Origin: a virus
Lineage: Duplodnaviria; Heunggongvirae; Uroviricota; Caudoviricetes
Strand: one strand, 5' to 3'
IMG/VR virus record: IMGVR_UViG_3300032103_000073
DNA: 51,360 nucleotides
Each line of letters begins with the position of its first letter. Positions within the stretch are counted from its first letter, which is position 1. This document shows, in pieces, positions 26,432 through 34,862 of the stretch. Made by a program: the position numbers and the translations under genes. Below the pieces are notes generated by a model, which was not told where the DNA came from, ran no database searches, and saw nothing but the letters and a program-made list of their open reading frames with translations.

Positions 26432-26940
26432 CTAGCCGCCAAACAGATGACCCTTTCGATGATATGGTCGAAGACTATTTAGACTATTTAGATTCTATCG
26501 GCGAGTTAAGAAAAGATAGAGAACAAGAAAAATCTGACCTAATAGCAGACTTAGAAGCAGGCTATGTCCATCCTAGTGAAATTGAGTATGCATTGTCTGG
26601 TACAAAATGGGATCCATTAGGTGAAGCTAGTGTCACTGATTACAATCCAAAAAGCCAAGGCGGTACACGTAAAGAGCTATTAGCCAAATATACAGAAACA
26701 GGCGATAACGACTATCTAACACGAGCAAGACGTGCTGGTGCAAGTCAAAGCGAATTGCAAGCTGCATTAAATAGTCGCAAAGGAACTAGCGCTATTAGAC
26801 AAGCAATGGAAGCAGTTGATGCTGACCAACGTAGAGCAAAACAAGTTCCGGCAGAAGAAATGCCAAAGAAAACAAGCCCTGTATTAGGCAAAAAAGAAAA
26901 GCAACATCCTTTTAAAGGTCGTGCAGTAGGAGGTCAATAA
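24613..26940 (+). CDS. large modular polyprotein-like putative internal virion protein
   Basis: MRLEDL leader; QGVNE, then GVAE at nt 25933, 26107 and 26419. Confidence 0.7.
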   Translation: MRLEDLGNDKKLDEVSLGDYRTKAAKQKALSQMGAMFGRDAEQKAKDLDTYRRREAGLNRVKNRDEAARQAAQKKQMDDNIARLPELRAEYEDMKKKYKSLGGSNWQYADREQNLTDYERKARDMEGPMNNLWRTIQAAERAQREQGVNEMDSQGYRGSRYDDEANQGEEGIGQVAKPADVVKHGADILNRAMDKSRQVQDRKTGKWYDPDEEFDKLKNSPDFMGVMKRVSTREGAEAEKNPHTSALGKALYRDLSKEKKASPAQQQRNALRWAQRQKAKAEQPPTKGMSNAEKVDKGWRNPNLKESNTIDFIRGLISEFNTQMSGSPYYPMDYKNPGMRMWTRGDGSRYKDPGYIFIERDLKPEDQPKWHKAKAVEKFWKFLESKGARKIGDVSGEFGSDPHSPAVVLNKQVFVFNGRSIAWGSTGRLKNSSVWRQKQQGVAEEANTSHQHHVVSKLDGNVLASYKTKQEAHKNAHGNPVVSGSLETIGDKQYVKEQGVAEGSEERSQNRLWQMITDYEQRAKATKNDIKKAHYIKMASELRGKLKTSDEQDVRDALDNGDDYTAKQYAKMAPTPDAKKYLLNIIKQAMYIDDLGGETDWKGVAEASRQTDDPFDDMVEDYLDYLDSIGELRKDREQEKSDLIADLEAGYVHPSEIEYALSGTKWDPLGEASVTDYNPKSQGGTRKELLAKYTETGDNDYLTRARRAGASQSELQAALNSRKGTSAIRQAMEAVDADQRRAKQVPAEEMPKKTSPVLGKKEKQHPFKGRAVGGQ

Positions 26941-27381
26941 ATGGATGAACTTAGTCAATCGCTTAAGTTAGTATTAGCCAATCACTATGCATACAGCTTA
27001 AAAGCACAAAACTTTCACTGGAACGTAGAAGGTGCAGACTTTTATCAATATCACGGTCTGTTTGAAACAATCTACAGCGAAGTCTATGCTAGTATAGATA
27101 CTATTGCAGAACGCATTAGAACCATTGGCGCTTATGCTCCGGGTAGTTTTGGTCGTTATGCAGAACTTAGCCAAATAGAAGATCAAGTTGAGATACCAAC
27201 AAGTCATGACATGTTGCAAAAGTTATTAGCAGATATAGATATTGTCCAAAGCAGTATTAAAGTTTGTTATGATCTTGCAGAACAAAATGGCCTGCACGGA
27301 CTAAGTAATTTGATGGCAGAAAGACAAGATGCATTTGCTAAACATGCATGGATGCTTGCTGCTACTTTAAAAAATAGATAA
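26941..27381 (+). CDS. dps: Dps/ferritin-like DNA-protecting protein
   Basis: HWNVEG..F...H.LFE, DTIAERIRTIG and KHAWML motifs. Confidence 0.9.
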   Translation: MDELSQSLKLVLANHYAYSLKAQNFHWNVEGADFYQYHGLFETIYSEVYASIDTIAERIRTIGAYAPGSFGRYAELSQIEDQVEIPTSHDMLQKLLADIDIVQSSIKVCYDLAEQNGLHGLSNLMAERQDAFAKHAWMLAATLKNR

Positions 27382-27638
27382 TGCAAATCAAACGTCAAAT
27401 AGAAGAATTGGTTAGAGTAGAACTAACCAATTCGCAATTCACAGCATTAGAGTCTTTTGTATCAAGTCAAGGTATTGCTATATTTAGAAACAGCACTTTA
27501 CTCAAGGCAATAAACAGAAATGATATGCCAACAGCAGTTGCAGAATTCCGTAAATGGATTTTACAATCCGGTCGTCCTTCAGTTGAACTGGCAGATCTTC
27601 GAGAAAAAGAAATCGCCCTCTTTACCAAACAATCTTGA
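27381..27638 (+). CDS. GH24 phage-lysozyme C-terminal lobe only (no catalytic N-lobe)
   Basis: V.LTNSQFTALESF...G...FRNSTLLK.IN....A..EF.KW...R..E..LF. Confidence 0.6.
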   Translation: MQIKRQIEELVRVELTNSQFTALESFVSSQGIAIFRNSTLLKAINRNDMPTAVAEFRKWILQSGRPSVELADLREKEIALFTKQS

Positions 27639-27664
27639 CCTTTAGTTATAGTTGCTGCTATAAT
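27635..27664 (+). promoter_or_regulatory. sigma70-type promoter for the replication genes
   Basis: TTGACC-18bp-TATAAT with extended -10 TGn; AGGAG RBS downstream. Confidence 0.65.
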
Positions 27665-27687
27665 AACACTTTACTTTAGGAGTTATT

Positions 27688-27945
27688 ATGGATCCACGTA
27701 TGTTCAGTGCCGATGAAAAGGCCAAAATCAAAAAACTATTTGCCGAAGGCATGCAAGTGATGAGCGAAGTCGCTGCACTTAACGAAGGTCTCACCGATAC
27801 TATTAAAGGTATTGCAGAAGAACTTGATATGAAGCCCGGCGTGCTAAAAAAAGCACTCAAGATCGCTTATAAAAACGAGTTTGAAAAAGAACAAAATGCC
27901 TTTACAGAAGTTGAAGAAGTTCTTGAAGTTGCAGGTCACCGTTGA
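27688..27945 (+). CDS. small dsDNA-binding protein (T4 DsbA/GapR-like)
   Basis: 85-aa helical protein, IKGIAEELDMKPGVLKKALKIAYK; located before the polymerase gene. Confidence 0.55.
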   Translation: MDPRMFSADEKAKIKKLFAEGMQVMSEVAALNEGLTDTIKGIAEELDMKPGVLKKALKIAYKNEFEKEQNAFTEVEEVLEVAGHR

Positions 27946-28223
27946 TATCTGATACTATTGCATGGATTAAGCGTGACTGGCACGAACATCCATTAAGAAT
28001 GGCAGGTGAGTGCTATAACTGGTTTGCCAGCATAGCATGCAGCATTATACTTGCTATAACTGTAAATGATCCTGCACTTTATCTACTATACCCGTTATGG
28101 TTAAGTGGTTGTAGTATTGCAGCCGTATGTGCATGGAGTAGAGGCAGCTTTGGACAAACAAGTATGTATGTCATGCTGACCTGCATTGACATTTACGGCT
28201 TTACAAAATACATACTTACATGA
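27942..28223 (+). CDS. small membrane protein
   Basis: Three hydrophobic segments; overlaps both neighbours. Confidence 0.6.
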   Translation: MISDTIAWIKRDWHEHPLRMAGECYNWFASIACSIILAITVNDPALYLLYPLWLSGCSIAAVCAWSRGSFGQTSMYVMLTCIDIYGFTKYILT

Positions 28224-30868
28224 GTTATATTGACGCGATTTATATAAAAGACAAAGACATTGTCAAGGTAGTTGAACGAGTAGATGGAGTTAGGAAAGAG
28301 CGACAATATCCTGCTCATTATCTGTTCTACTATGCCGATCCAAAAGGTCAATATACTGGTATCGACGGAGAAAGATTAAGTAAGGTTGCAGTTGCAACTC
28401 GCAAGGCGTTTGACAAAGAGAAAAAAATATTTGGTCATAAGAGGCTTTATGAAAGTGACATTAAGCCGCTTAACCGTTGCTTGGAAACTAACTATCTAAA
28501 CAGCGAAGCACCTGAACTTAACAAGGCATTCTTCGACATTGAAGTTGCATATGATAAGGTAAGAGGGTATGCTGACCCAAGCGATCCTTTTAATCCTATT
28601 ACTGCTATCTCCGTTCATTTAGGCTGGTTAAACAAGCTAATTACACTAGTTATTAAACCAAAGAGTATGGATCAAGCACTAGCAGAAGCTATTGTTGCTC
28701 GTTTTGATGATACAATACTTTGCGATACTGAAGCAGAGATGTTGGACTACTTTTTAAGTTTACTACAAGATGCTGATACACTTAGTGGATGGAATAGCGA
28801 AGGCTATGACGTACCTTACACCGTCAACCGAATCTCACGAATATTGGGTGCTGATCATACAAGACGCTTCTGTCTTTGGGATATAAAGCCTACACGTCGC
28901 GAGTATGAAAAATACGGCAAGGTTGCAGAAACATTTGACTTTGTTGGTCGTGTTCACCTGGACTATCTCGAACTTTATCGCAAGTATACCTATCACGAAC
29001 TTCACACATATCGACTGGACTATGTTGGGGAGATTGAGCTAGGCGAAACTAAAGTTCACTATGAAGGTACGCTAGATCAACTTTACAATAATGACTTTGA
29101 AAAGTTTATCTTGTATAACAGACAAGATACTGCATTGTTAGTCAAACTAGATGCTAAACTACAATATATCGATCTAGTAAACGTTCTGGCTCATGCTAAT
29201 ACTGTTACCTTGCGAACTACGCTGGGCGCAGTAGCTATGACCGACCAAGCTATTATCAACGAAGCTCACAGTCGTGGACTAATAGTAAGGGATAGAAATA
29301 GATCAGCCGATGGTGAAACACAGGCCGCAGGTGCTTATGTTGCTTATCCTAAAAAAGGTGTGCATAACTGGATTGGCTCAATGGACTTGAACAGTCTGTA
29401 TCCAAGTTTGCTTCGTGCTCTTAATATGAGCCCCGAAACTATTATTGGACAAGTTAGACAGCGACAGACTAAAGCTGAATTAAAAGAGTGGCTAGCCGAA
29501 GGAAAAGCATTTGCTGACTTCTGGGATGGCAAGTTCTGCGTTTACGAATATGATGAAATCATGAATCGTAATCGTGGATATGACTTAGTTATCGACTGGG
29601 AAGATGGACGCAGCACAGAACTAAGTGCAGCCGAAGCATATGACTTGATTTACCTAAGTGGGAATCCTTGGATGCTAACCGCAAACGGTACAATCTTTAC
29701 TTATGAGAAACAAGGCGTTATTCCTGGATTACTAGCACGTTGGTACAGTGAACGTAAAGAGCTACAAAAGAAAGCCAAGTCTTGTATTGATAACGAGAAA
29801 GAATTTGAGTTCTGGGACAAGCGACAGTTGGTGAAAAAGATTAATTTGAACAGTCTATATGGTGCGTTGCTTAACGCAGGTAGTAGATTCTTTGATCAAC
29901 GACTTGGACAATCAACTACCTTAACCGGTCGTTGTGTTGCTCGACATATGGCTAGTGAAACAAATAAATTATTTACAGGTGATTACAATCACGTGGGTAA
30001 GACTATTATCTACGGCGATACTGACAGTTGCTATTTCAGTGCCGAGCCTGTTTATCAAGAGCAAATAGCCAAAGGCGAGATCAACTGGACTAAAGATACT
30101 GTTGTTGAACTGTATGACACTGTTGCCGAAGAAGTCAATGCCAGCTTTACTCCCTTTATGAATCAAGCCTTTAACTGCCCTACTACATTTGGCGATGTTA
30201 TTAAAGCAGGTCGAGAAGTTGTTGCTAGCAAAGGTTTGTTTATTACTAAAAAGCGTTATGCAGTTCTTATCTATGACAAAGAAGGCAAGCGCAAGGATGT
30301 AGACGGCAGCGACGGCGAGATTAAAGCTATGGGTCTTGACCTTAAGCGAGCAGATACTCCAGAATTCATGCAAAAGTTTTTGGAGAAGATTCTACTCATG
30401 GTCTTACGAGGTCAAGATAAGCAAGACGTTATTGATGCTATAAATGAATTTAGAACTGCATTTAAGGAACGCCCAGGTTGGGAAAAAGGAACTCCCAAAC
30501 GTGTCAACAACTTGACCAAGCATACAGAGCACTTCCAAAAGACTGGTAAGTGCGGAGTCGGTCATGCGATGGCAGCTATCAATTGGAATAGATTTAAGCG
30601 AGCCAACAGCGATTCTCGCAGTATGGATATTACAGACGGTATGAAGGTTATTGTTTGCAAACTTAAATCCAATCCAATGGGCATTACAAGTATGGCGTAC
30701 CCAATTGACGAAATGAGATTGCCTGATTGGTTTAAAGAATTAGCATTTGATCATGCGGCTATGGAATCAACTATTATTGACAACAAGGTAGATAACTTGA
30801 TTGGTGTGCTAAATTGGGACATTAGTGCAAGCGATCAAAAGACAAGTTTTGATCAATTGTTTGGTTGA
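28220..30868 (+). CDS. family B DNA polymerase (T4 gp43-like)
   Basis: Exonuclease motifs FFDIE, GWNSEGYD and YNRQD; polymerase motifs DLNSLYPS, KINLNSLYG, YGDTDS and KKRY. Confidence 0.97.
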   Translation: MSYIDAIYIKDKDIVKVVERVDGVRKERQYPAHYLFYYADPKGQYTGIDGERLSKVAVATRKAFDKEKKIFGHKRLYESDIKPLNRCLETNYLNSEAPELNKAFFDIEVAYDKVRGYADPSDPFNPITAISVHLGWLNKLITLVIKPKSMDQALAEAIVARFDDTILCDTEAEMLDYFLSLLQDADTLSGWNSEGYDVPYTVNRISRILGADHTRRFCLWDIKPTRREYEKYGKVAETFDFVGRVHLDYLELYRKYTYHELHTYRLDYVGEIELGETKVHYEGTLDQLYNNDFEKFILYNRQDTALLVKLDAKLQYIDLVNVLAHANTVTLRTTLGAVAMTDQAIINEAHSRGLIVRDRNRSADGETQAAGAYVAYPKKGVHNWIGSMDLNSLYPSLLRALNMSPETIIGQVRQRQTKAELKEWLAEGKAFADFWDGKFCVYEYDEIMNRNRGYDLVIDWEDGRSTELSAAEAYDLIYLSGNPWMLTANGTIFTYEKQGVIPGLLARWYSERKELQKKAKSCIDNEKEFEFWDKRQLVKKINLNSLYGALLNAGSRFFDQRLGQSTTLTGRCVARHMASETNKLFTGDYNHVGKTIIYGDTDSCYFSAEPVYQEQIAKGEINWTKDTVVELYDTVAEEVNASFTPFMNQAFNCPTTFGDVIKAGREVVASKGLFITKKRYAVLIYDKEGKRKDVDGSDGEIKAMGLDLKRADTPEFMQKFLEKILLMVLRGQDKQDVIDAINEFRTAFKERPGWEKGTPKRVNNLTKHTEHFQKTGKCGVGHAMAAINWNRFKRANSDSRSMDITDGMKVIVCKLKSNPMGITSMAYPIDEMRLPDWFKELAFDHAAMESTIIDNKVDNLIGVLNWDISASDQKTSFDQLFG

Positions 30869-30913
30869 TTATCTAACTATATTACTTGGTTCGGGTAAAG
30901 AGTAAATAAGTAT

Positions 30914-31303
30914 GTGGCATCATTCGAAATTACCTTTTCCCTAATCACCTTTGCGATATTGTTAAACCTAAAGCATTTTATATGCGAGTATGTTTTACAA
31001 ACGCAAGACATGGCCGTGAGCAAATTGCGATACGGCTCTATAAATAGTTTTATACACGTATTACATCATGCGTTTGGCACGCTGATGGCAGGCCTAATAG
31101 TAGATTTTAGTTTAGGCCTAACACTAGGATTAGTAGTTCTCGAATCAATAATTCATTATCACATAGATTGGATACATATGCGTTTTGGCGCACGTTCTTA
31201 TCGTGATAAGACTTATTGGCAATGGCTTGGCGCCGAACAGTTCGCACATCACCAAACTTTTATCGTAATGATAATATTGGCAAGATACGTGTTGATTTCC
31301 TAA
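30914..31303 (+). CDS. DUF3307-like membrane protein
   Basis: KHFICEYVLQ, H..HH, HYHIDW and G.EQFAH; TAAATA at 30903. Confidence 0.7.
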   Translation: MASFEITFSLITFAILLNLKHFICEYVLQTQDMAVSKLRYGSINSFIHVLHHAFGTLMAGLIVDFSLGLTLGLVVLESIIHYHIDWIHMRFGARSYRDKTYWQWLGAEQFAHHQTFIVMIILARYVLIS

Positions 31304-31320
31304 TCCTTTTCCCTTATAAT
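31292..31320 (+). promoter_or_regulatory. sigma70-type promoter
   Basis: TTGATT-17bp-TATAAT, followed by AGGAG RBS and ATG31342. Confidence 0.55.
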
Positions 31321-31341
31321 CTCATAATAGGAGATAACTTA

Positions 31342-32079
31342 ATGAAAAACGAAATTTTAGATATCGTGCGGCACACTGCCAGCCTTGGTTTCTTTGACCT
31401 GGCAAAAATTACCGGAACAGACACTGACACAGAAGTTTGGACCTGCGATGAAAAGAAAACAGTTGTGCTTGATGCAAAACTAAAATCACCAAACGGTGAT
31501 TTGATTGGTGAAGTCGGCCTTGGCAACCTTGGCTTTCTAAACGGTCTCAGCGGTCTTTACAATAAAGAAGGCAGCGAAGTAGAAGTTCTTACTACTACTA
31601 AAAACGGTGCAATCATTCCTGATTACATCCAGTTTAAAGACAACGATGGCAACAGCGACAAGTATCGCTTGATGAGTAAAGAAATCATCGACGAGCAGTT
31701 GCAACAAAGCAAATTTAAAGGCGTCAAATGGGACGTAGAATTTGAACCGCTAAAAAGCAAAGTAAGTGAGATGAGCCAAAAGGCTGGTATTTACAGCGGC
31801 ATCGAACCAACCTTTACTGTTAAAACAGAAAACGGCAACTTGGTCTTTATCTTTGGTAGCGATACGGGTGGTAGTCACTTTGGTCGTATGACATTTGCAA
31901 CAAATGTTGCAGGCACTATGAAAGAAGGCTATGCTTGGCCTATTGACAAGTTCCTTTCTATTCTCAAGTTGGGTATGAACGGTGAATGTCGTGTTCATTT
32001 TAGCCAAGTTGCTTGTATGATTACTATCGATAGCGGCATCGGTGTGTATAACTACATTCTCCCAGGACACACACGATAA
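31342..32079 (+). CDS. putative sliding clamp-like replication protein
   Basis: 245 aa with a beta-rich two-domain pattern ending in YNYILP; near the DNA polymerase; the call is from context and pattern. Confidence 0.5.
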   Translation: MKNEILDIVRHTASLGFFDLAKITGTDTDTEVWTCDEKKTVVLDAKLKSPNGDLIGEVGLGNLGFLNGLSGLYNKEGSEVEVLTTTKNGAIIPDYIQFKDNDGNSDKYRLMSKEIIDEQLQQSKFKGVKWDVEFEPLKSKVSEMSQKAGIYSGIEPTFTVKTENGNLVFIFGSDTGGSHFGRMTFATNVAGTMKEGYAWPIDKFLSILKLGMNGECRVHFSQVACMITIDSGIGVYNYILPGHTR

Positions 32080-32291
32080 TGGCTACTAAAAAACTAACAC
32101 CTGTTTCTCCTAATGTGGAAACAAAAGCAACCAAGCCTGACGTTCATCAACAGATCCTTGACGAACTTAAAAAGCAAACAGAATACATGCATCGAACAGA
32201 TTGGAAACTTTGGATGTTGATGAATGTGGTAAATAATATTGCAGAAGAAAACGGTTATACTATAACTATTAAGGAAGATAATTATGAATGA
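32079..32291 (+). CDS. hypothetical protein (DWKLW motif)
   Basis: Coupled ORF; shares a motif with the next gene. Confidence 0.65.
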   Translation: MATKKLTPVSPNVETKATKPDVHQQILDELKKQTEYMHRTDWKLWMLMNVVNNIAEENGYTITIKEDNYE

Positions 32292-32538
32292 CGATACTAA
32301 CGAACAAATACTAAAAACACTCAAGCGCATTGAGCAATTTTTAGAAGCAATCGACTGGAAAATTTGGAATTTTCATGAGTATCTACTTGGAAGTAAAAGC
32401 AGCCATGCTGAAACAGTTAGCGCAACTGAAGATGAAGAAACTGCCGAATTAGCCGCAGTGATTGAATCTCCAAAGATCGCAGAAAAACCAGCTGAAGTAA
32501 AAAAGCCAACGTATCCTAGCATCGAAAAGTGGAGTTAA
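32284..32538 (+). CDS. hypothetical protein (DWKIW motif)
   Basis: Coupled ORF with AAGGA RBS. Confidence 0.65.
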   Translation: MNDDTNEQILKTLKRIEQFLEAIDWKIWNFHEYLLGSKSSHAETVSATEDEETAELAAVIESPKIAEKPAEVKKPTYPSIEKWS

Positions 32539-32540
32539 GC

Positions 32541-32915
32541 ATGCAAAAAATGATTTGGGTTCGCTTTCAACGTGAAGGCATTCACAAATATCCCGCAGCC
32601 TTAACAGACCCTAAGTTGGCAACCGGTGATGAATATGATGTTAGCTTTTTAGGCTACCCACATCGTCATATTTTTCACTTTAAGATTGCCATCGAAGTGT
32701 TTCACGATGACAGGGATATTGAGTTTATTCAGTTTAAACGCTGGTTGGAAAATCTCTACAAAGATGCTACACTAGCACTAGACTATAAGAGTTGCGAAAT
32801 GATCGCCGATGATCTATACGCACAAATTAAAGCCAAGCATCCGGGTCGTGATGTTTGGATTGACGTAAGTGAGGATAATGAAAATGGATGCCACATTCAA
32901 TACAACAAGAGCTAA
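32541..32915 (+). CDS. queD: QueD-like (6-carboxytetrahydropterin synthase, T-fold) protein
   Basis: EGIH...HRHIFH metal-binding His cluster; SCEMIA resembles TAENLA; VSED; deazaguanine-gene context. Confidence 0.55.
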   Translation: MQKMIWVRFQREGIHKYPAALTDPKLATGDEYDVSFLGYPHRHIFHFKIAIEVFHDDRDIEFIQFKRWLENLYKDATLALDYKSCEMIADDLYAQIKAKHPGRDVWIDVSEDNENGCHIQYNKS

Positions 32916-32925
32916 GGTTCGTACT

Positions 32926-33282
32926 ATGAACCAATATCATAATAGCGTTAGCCGTGCTATGATTCATATCAATGATATCAAGTATGACTTGCTAAAAATT
33001 GCCGAAATGTATGACGGCATACTACAAGACGGTTTAGGTCATATGGCTGCTGATATGTTCCAAAACTATCTCAGCGACCTACGTGCAGATCGTTGGATTC
33101 ACGACTATGAAATTACAGAAGTCGTGCTTAAAGAGCAAAGCTATACATATGATGTTAGCATTCAGATCACAAATGATCGCACACCAAAAAAGCTAAAGAT
33201 CCATGTGGGTCTTTATAAGAGTGCTTGGCCAGATCTGGCCGCAAGTATGCAATATACTGGCACCGGCTACGTTGCAAAATAA
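32926..33282 (+). CDS. hypothetical protein
   Basis: ORF between the queD-like and dpdA-like genes. Confidence 0.6.
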   Translation: MNQYHNSVSRAMIHINDIKYDLLKIAEMYDGILQDGLGHMAADMFQNYLSDLRADRWIHDYEITEVVLKEQSYTYDVSIQITNDRTPKKLKIHVGLYKSAWPDLAASMQYTGTGYVAK

Positions 33283-33293
33283 TTTTCAAAACC

Positions 33294-33332
33294 TAAATAT
33301 ACCGTGTGATAAAAAGCACGGTATATAAGGAG
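33294..33332 (+). promoter_or_regulatory. late-promoter box within a 10-bp inverted repeat abutting the RBS
   Basis: TAAATA at 33294; ATATACCGTG-N10-CACGGTATAT at 33297-33326; AAGGAG at 33327. Confidence 0.6.
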
Positions 33333-33341
33333 ACTTATTTA

Positions 33342-34862
33342 ATGACAAGTAAAAAAACAAAGGTAAATCTTTGGGATAGAAACAAAGGTTATGCTGTATT
33401 CTTACCTAGTATTAGCGGATTTTATAATACACACGTGAGCAAACAGCAGCATGCAGAATTTGTTCCTGCAAGTAGAATACCTAAAGAATTTGAAAATGGT
33501 ATAGAAGGCTTTAACTTTCTAAATAAAGAGCAGGCCTACTATTACTATCCTTGGGCACTATATTCTGCAGGGCATGCACAATTAGATATACAAAAAAGTC
33601 TAGTTGAAGAATCTATGATTCACGGTAGAGATAAAAAGGAAACTTTTATCCTAGGCGACTCTGGCGGATTCCAAATTGGTAAAGGTGTTATCAAGTTTGA
33701 CTGGGATCGGTTCTTTGAAAAGAAGGGTGATGCTGACTACAAAGGTTCCGCTGATGGTGTTCGCAATGCCATTCTTAACTGGTTGGAAGAAACTGCTGAC
33801 TACTCGATGATTCTTGATATCCCAACATGGGCTGCTGATCCTGTAAATCGAGAGAGAACAAAACTAAACGGTTTTAGTGATGCACTAAAAGGAACGTTGT
33901 TTAACAATGATTACTTTCTTGCTAACCGTAAGGGTAAAACTAAATTCCTGAACGTTCTACAAGGCGGCAATGGTGCAGATGCTGACATTTGGTATAACAC
34001 TGTAAAACATTATCCATTCGAGGGTTGGGCCTTTGGGGGTCAAAACATGCGAGATGCATATTTAATGCTACGCAGGATGATCACTCTTCGAGACGAAAAA
34101 CTATTAGAGCCCGGGCGTGATGTTATCCACTTCCTGGGTACTAGTAAGTTAGAATGGGCAGTTATGCTAACAGCAGTGCAGCGTAATTTGCGAGAGCACG
34201 TAAATCCCAACATGACTATCACGTATGATTGTGCAAGCCCGTTTATTGCAACAGCTAAAGGCCAGTTGTATACACAACATAGACACGAAAATAATTCGTT
34301 TAGATACGTAATGACTAAAGCTCTAGATGATCGTAGATTTGCCGGTAATGAAACTCCGTTTGCATGGGGTAGCCCTATAAGTGAGCGTATGTCTATAGGT
34401 GATGTTTGCTACTATAAGCCAGGGCAAGAAAACAAGTTGGGCAAGGTCAGTAAAACAAGTTGGGATAGTTTTAGTTATTTCCTGATGATGAGTCATAACG
34501 TTTATCAACACATTGATAGCGTACAACGTGCAAATGCACTTGCCGACCAAGCATGCTTGTTGAGCAAACCTGATCCTGCTCACTGGCGTAAGGTTAAAGC
34601 AGGCATTGACGAGCCAAGTCAATGGGTACCTCGTAATGTAGTTTACATGGTAGAACTTATCAATCGAGTGTTTACTAGCGAAACACCTATGACCGAACTA
34701 GATCGTGCTGCTAATTTGCTTAATGCTGTAAATGTCAATGCCAATAGCGTTAGCACTGGTGCTGCTTTTAATAACTTGTTTGATTCGGATACTCCTGTTA
34801 TTGAAACTGAAGACGACTGGGGTGATATTGACCCCGATGAATTACTAAAGGATATAGAATGA
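33342..34862 (+). CDS. dpdA: DpdA/TGT-like guanine transglycosylase
   Basis: LGDSGGFQ, MILDIP, LNVLQG, GWAFGG, HFLGTS and YDCASP are TGT-fold motifs. Confidence 0.75.
   Translation: MTSKKTKVNLWDRNKGYAVFLPSISGFYNTHVSKQQHAEFVPASRIPKEFENGIEGFNFLNKEQAYYYYPWALYSAGHAQLDIQKSLVEESMIHGRDKKETFILGDSGGFQIGKGVIKFDWDRFFEKKGDADYKGSADGVRNAILNWLEETADYSMILDIPTWAADPVNRERTKLNGFSDALKGTLFNNDYFLANRKGKTKFLNVLQGGNGADADIWYNTVKHYPFEGWAFGGQNMRDAYLMLRRMITLRDEKLLEPGRDVIHFLGTSKLEWAVMLTAVQRNLREHVNPNMTITYDCASPFIATAKGQLYTQHRHENNSFRYVMTKALDDRRFAGNETPFAWGSPISERMSIGDVCYYKPGQENKLGKVSKTSWDSFSYFLMMSHNVYQHIDSVQRANALADQACLLSKPDPAHWRKVKAGIDEPSQWVPRNVVYMVELINRVFTSETPMTELDRAANLLNAVNVNANSVSTGAAFNNLFDSDTPVIETEDDWGDIDPDELLKDIE

Noticed and set aside
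28220-30868. Intein or intron in the DNA polymerase
   Set aside because: The ORF is a continuous 882 aa with normally spaced motifs
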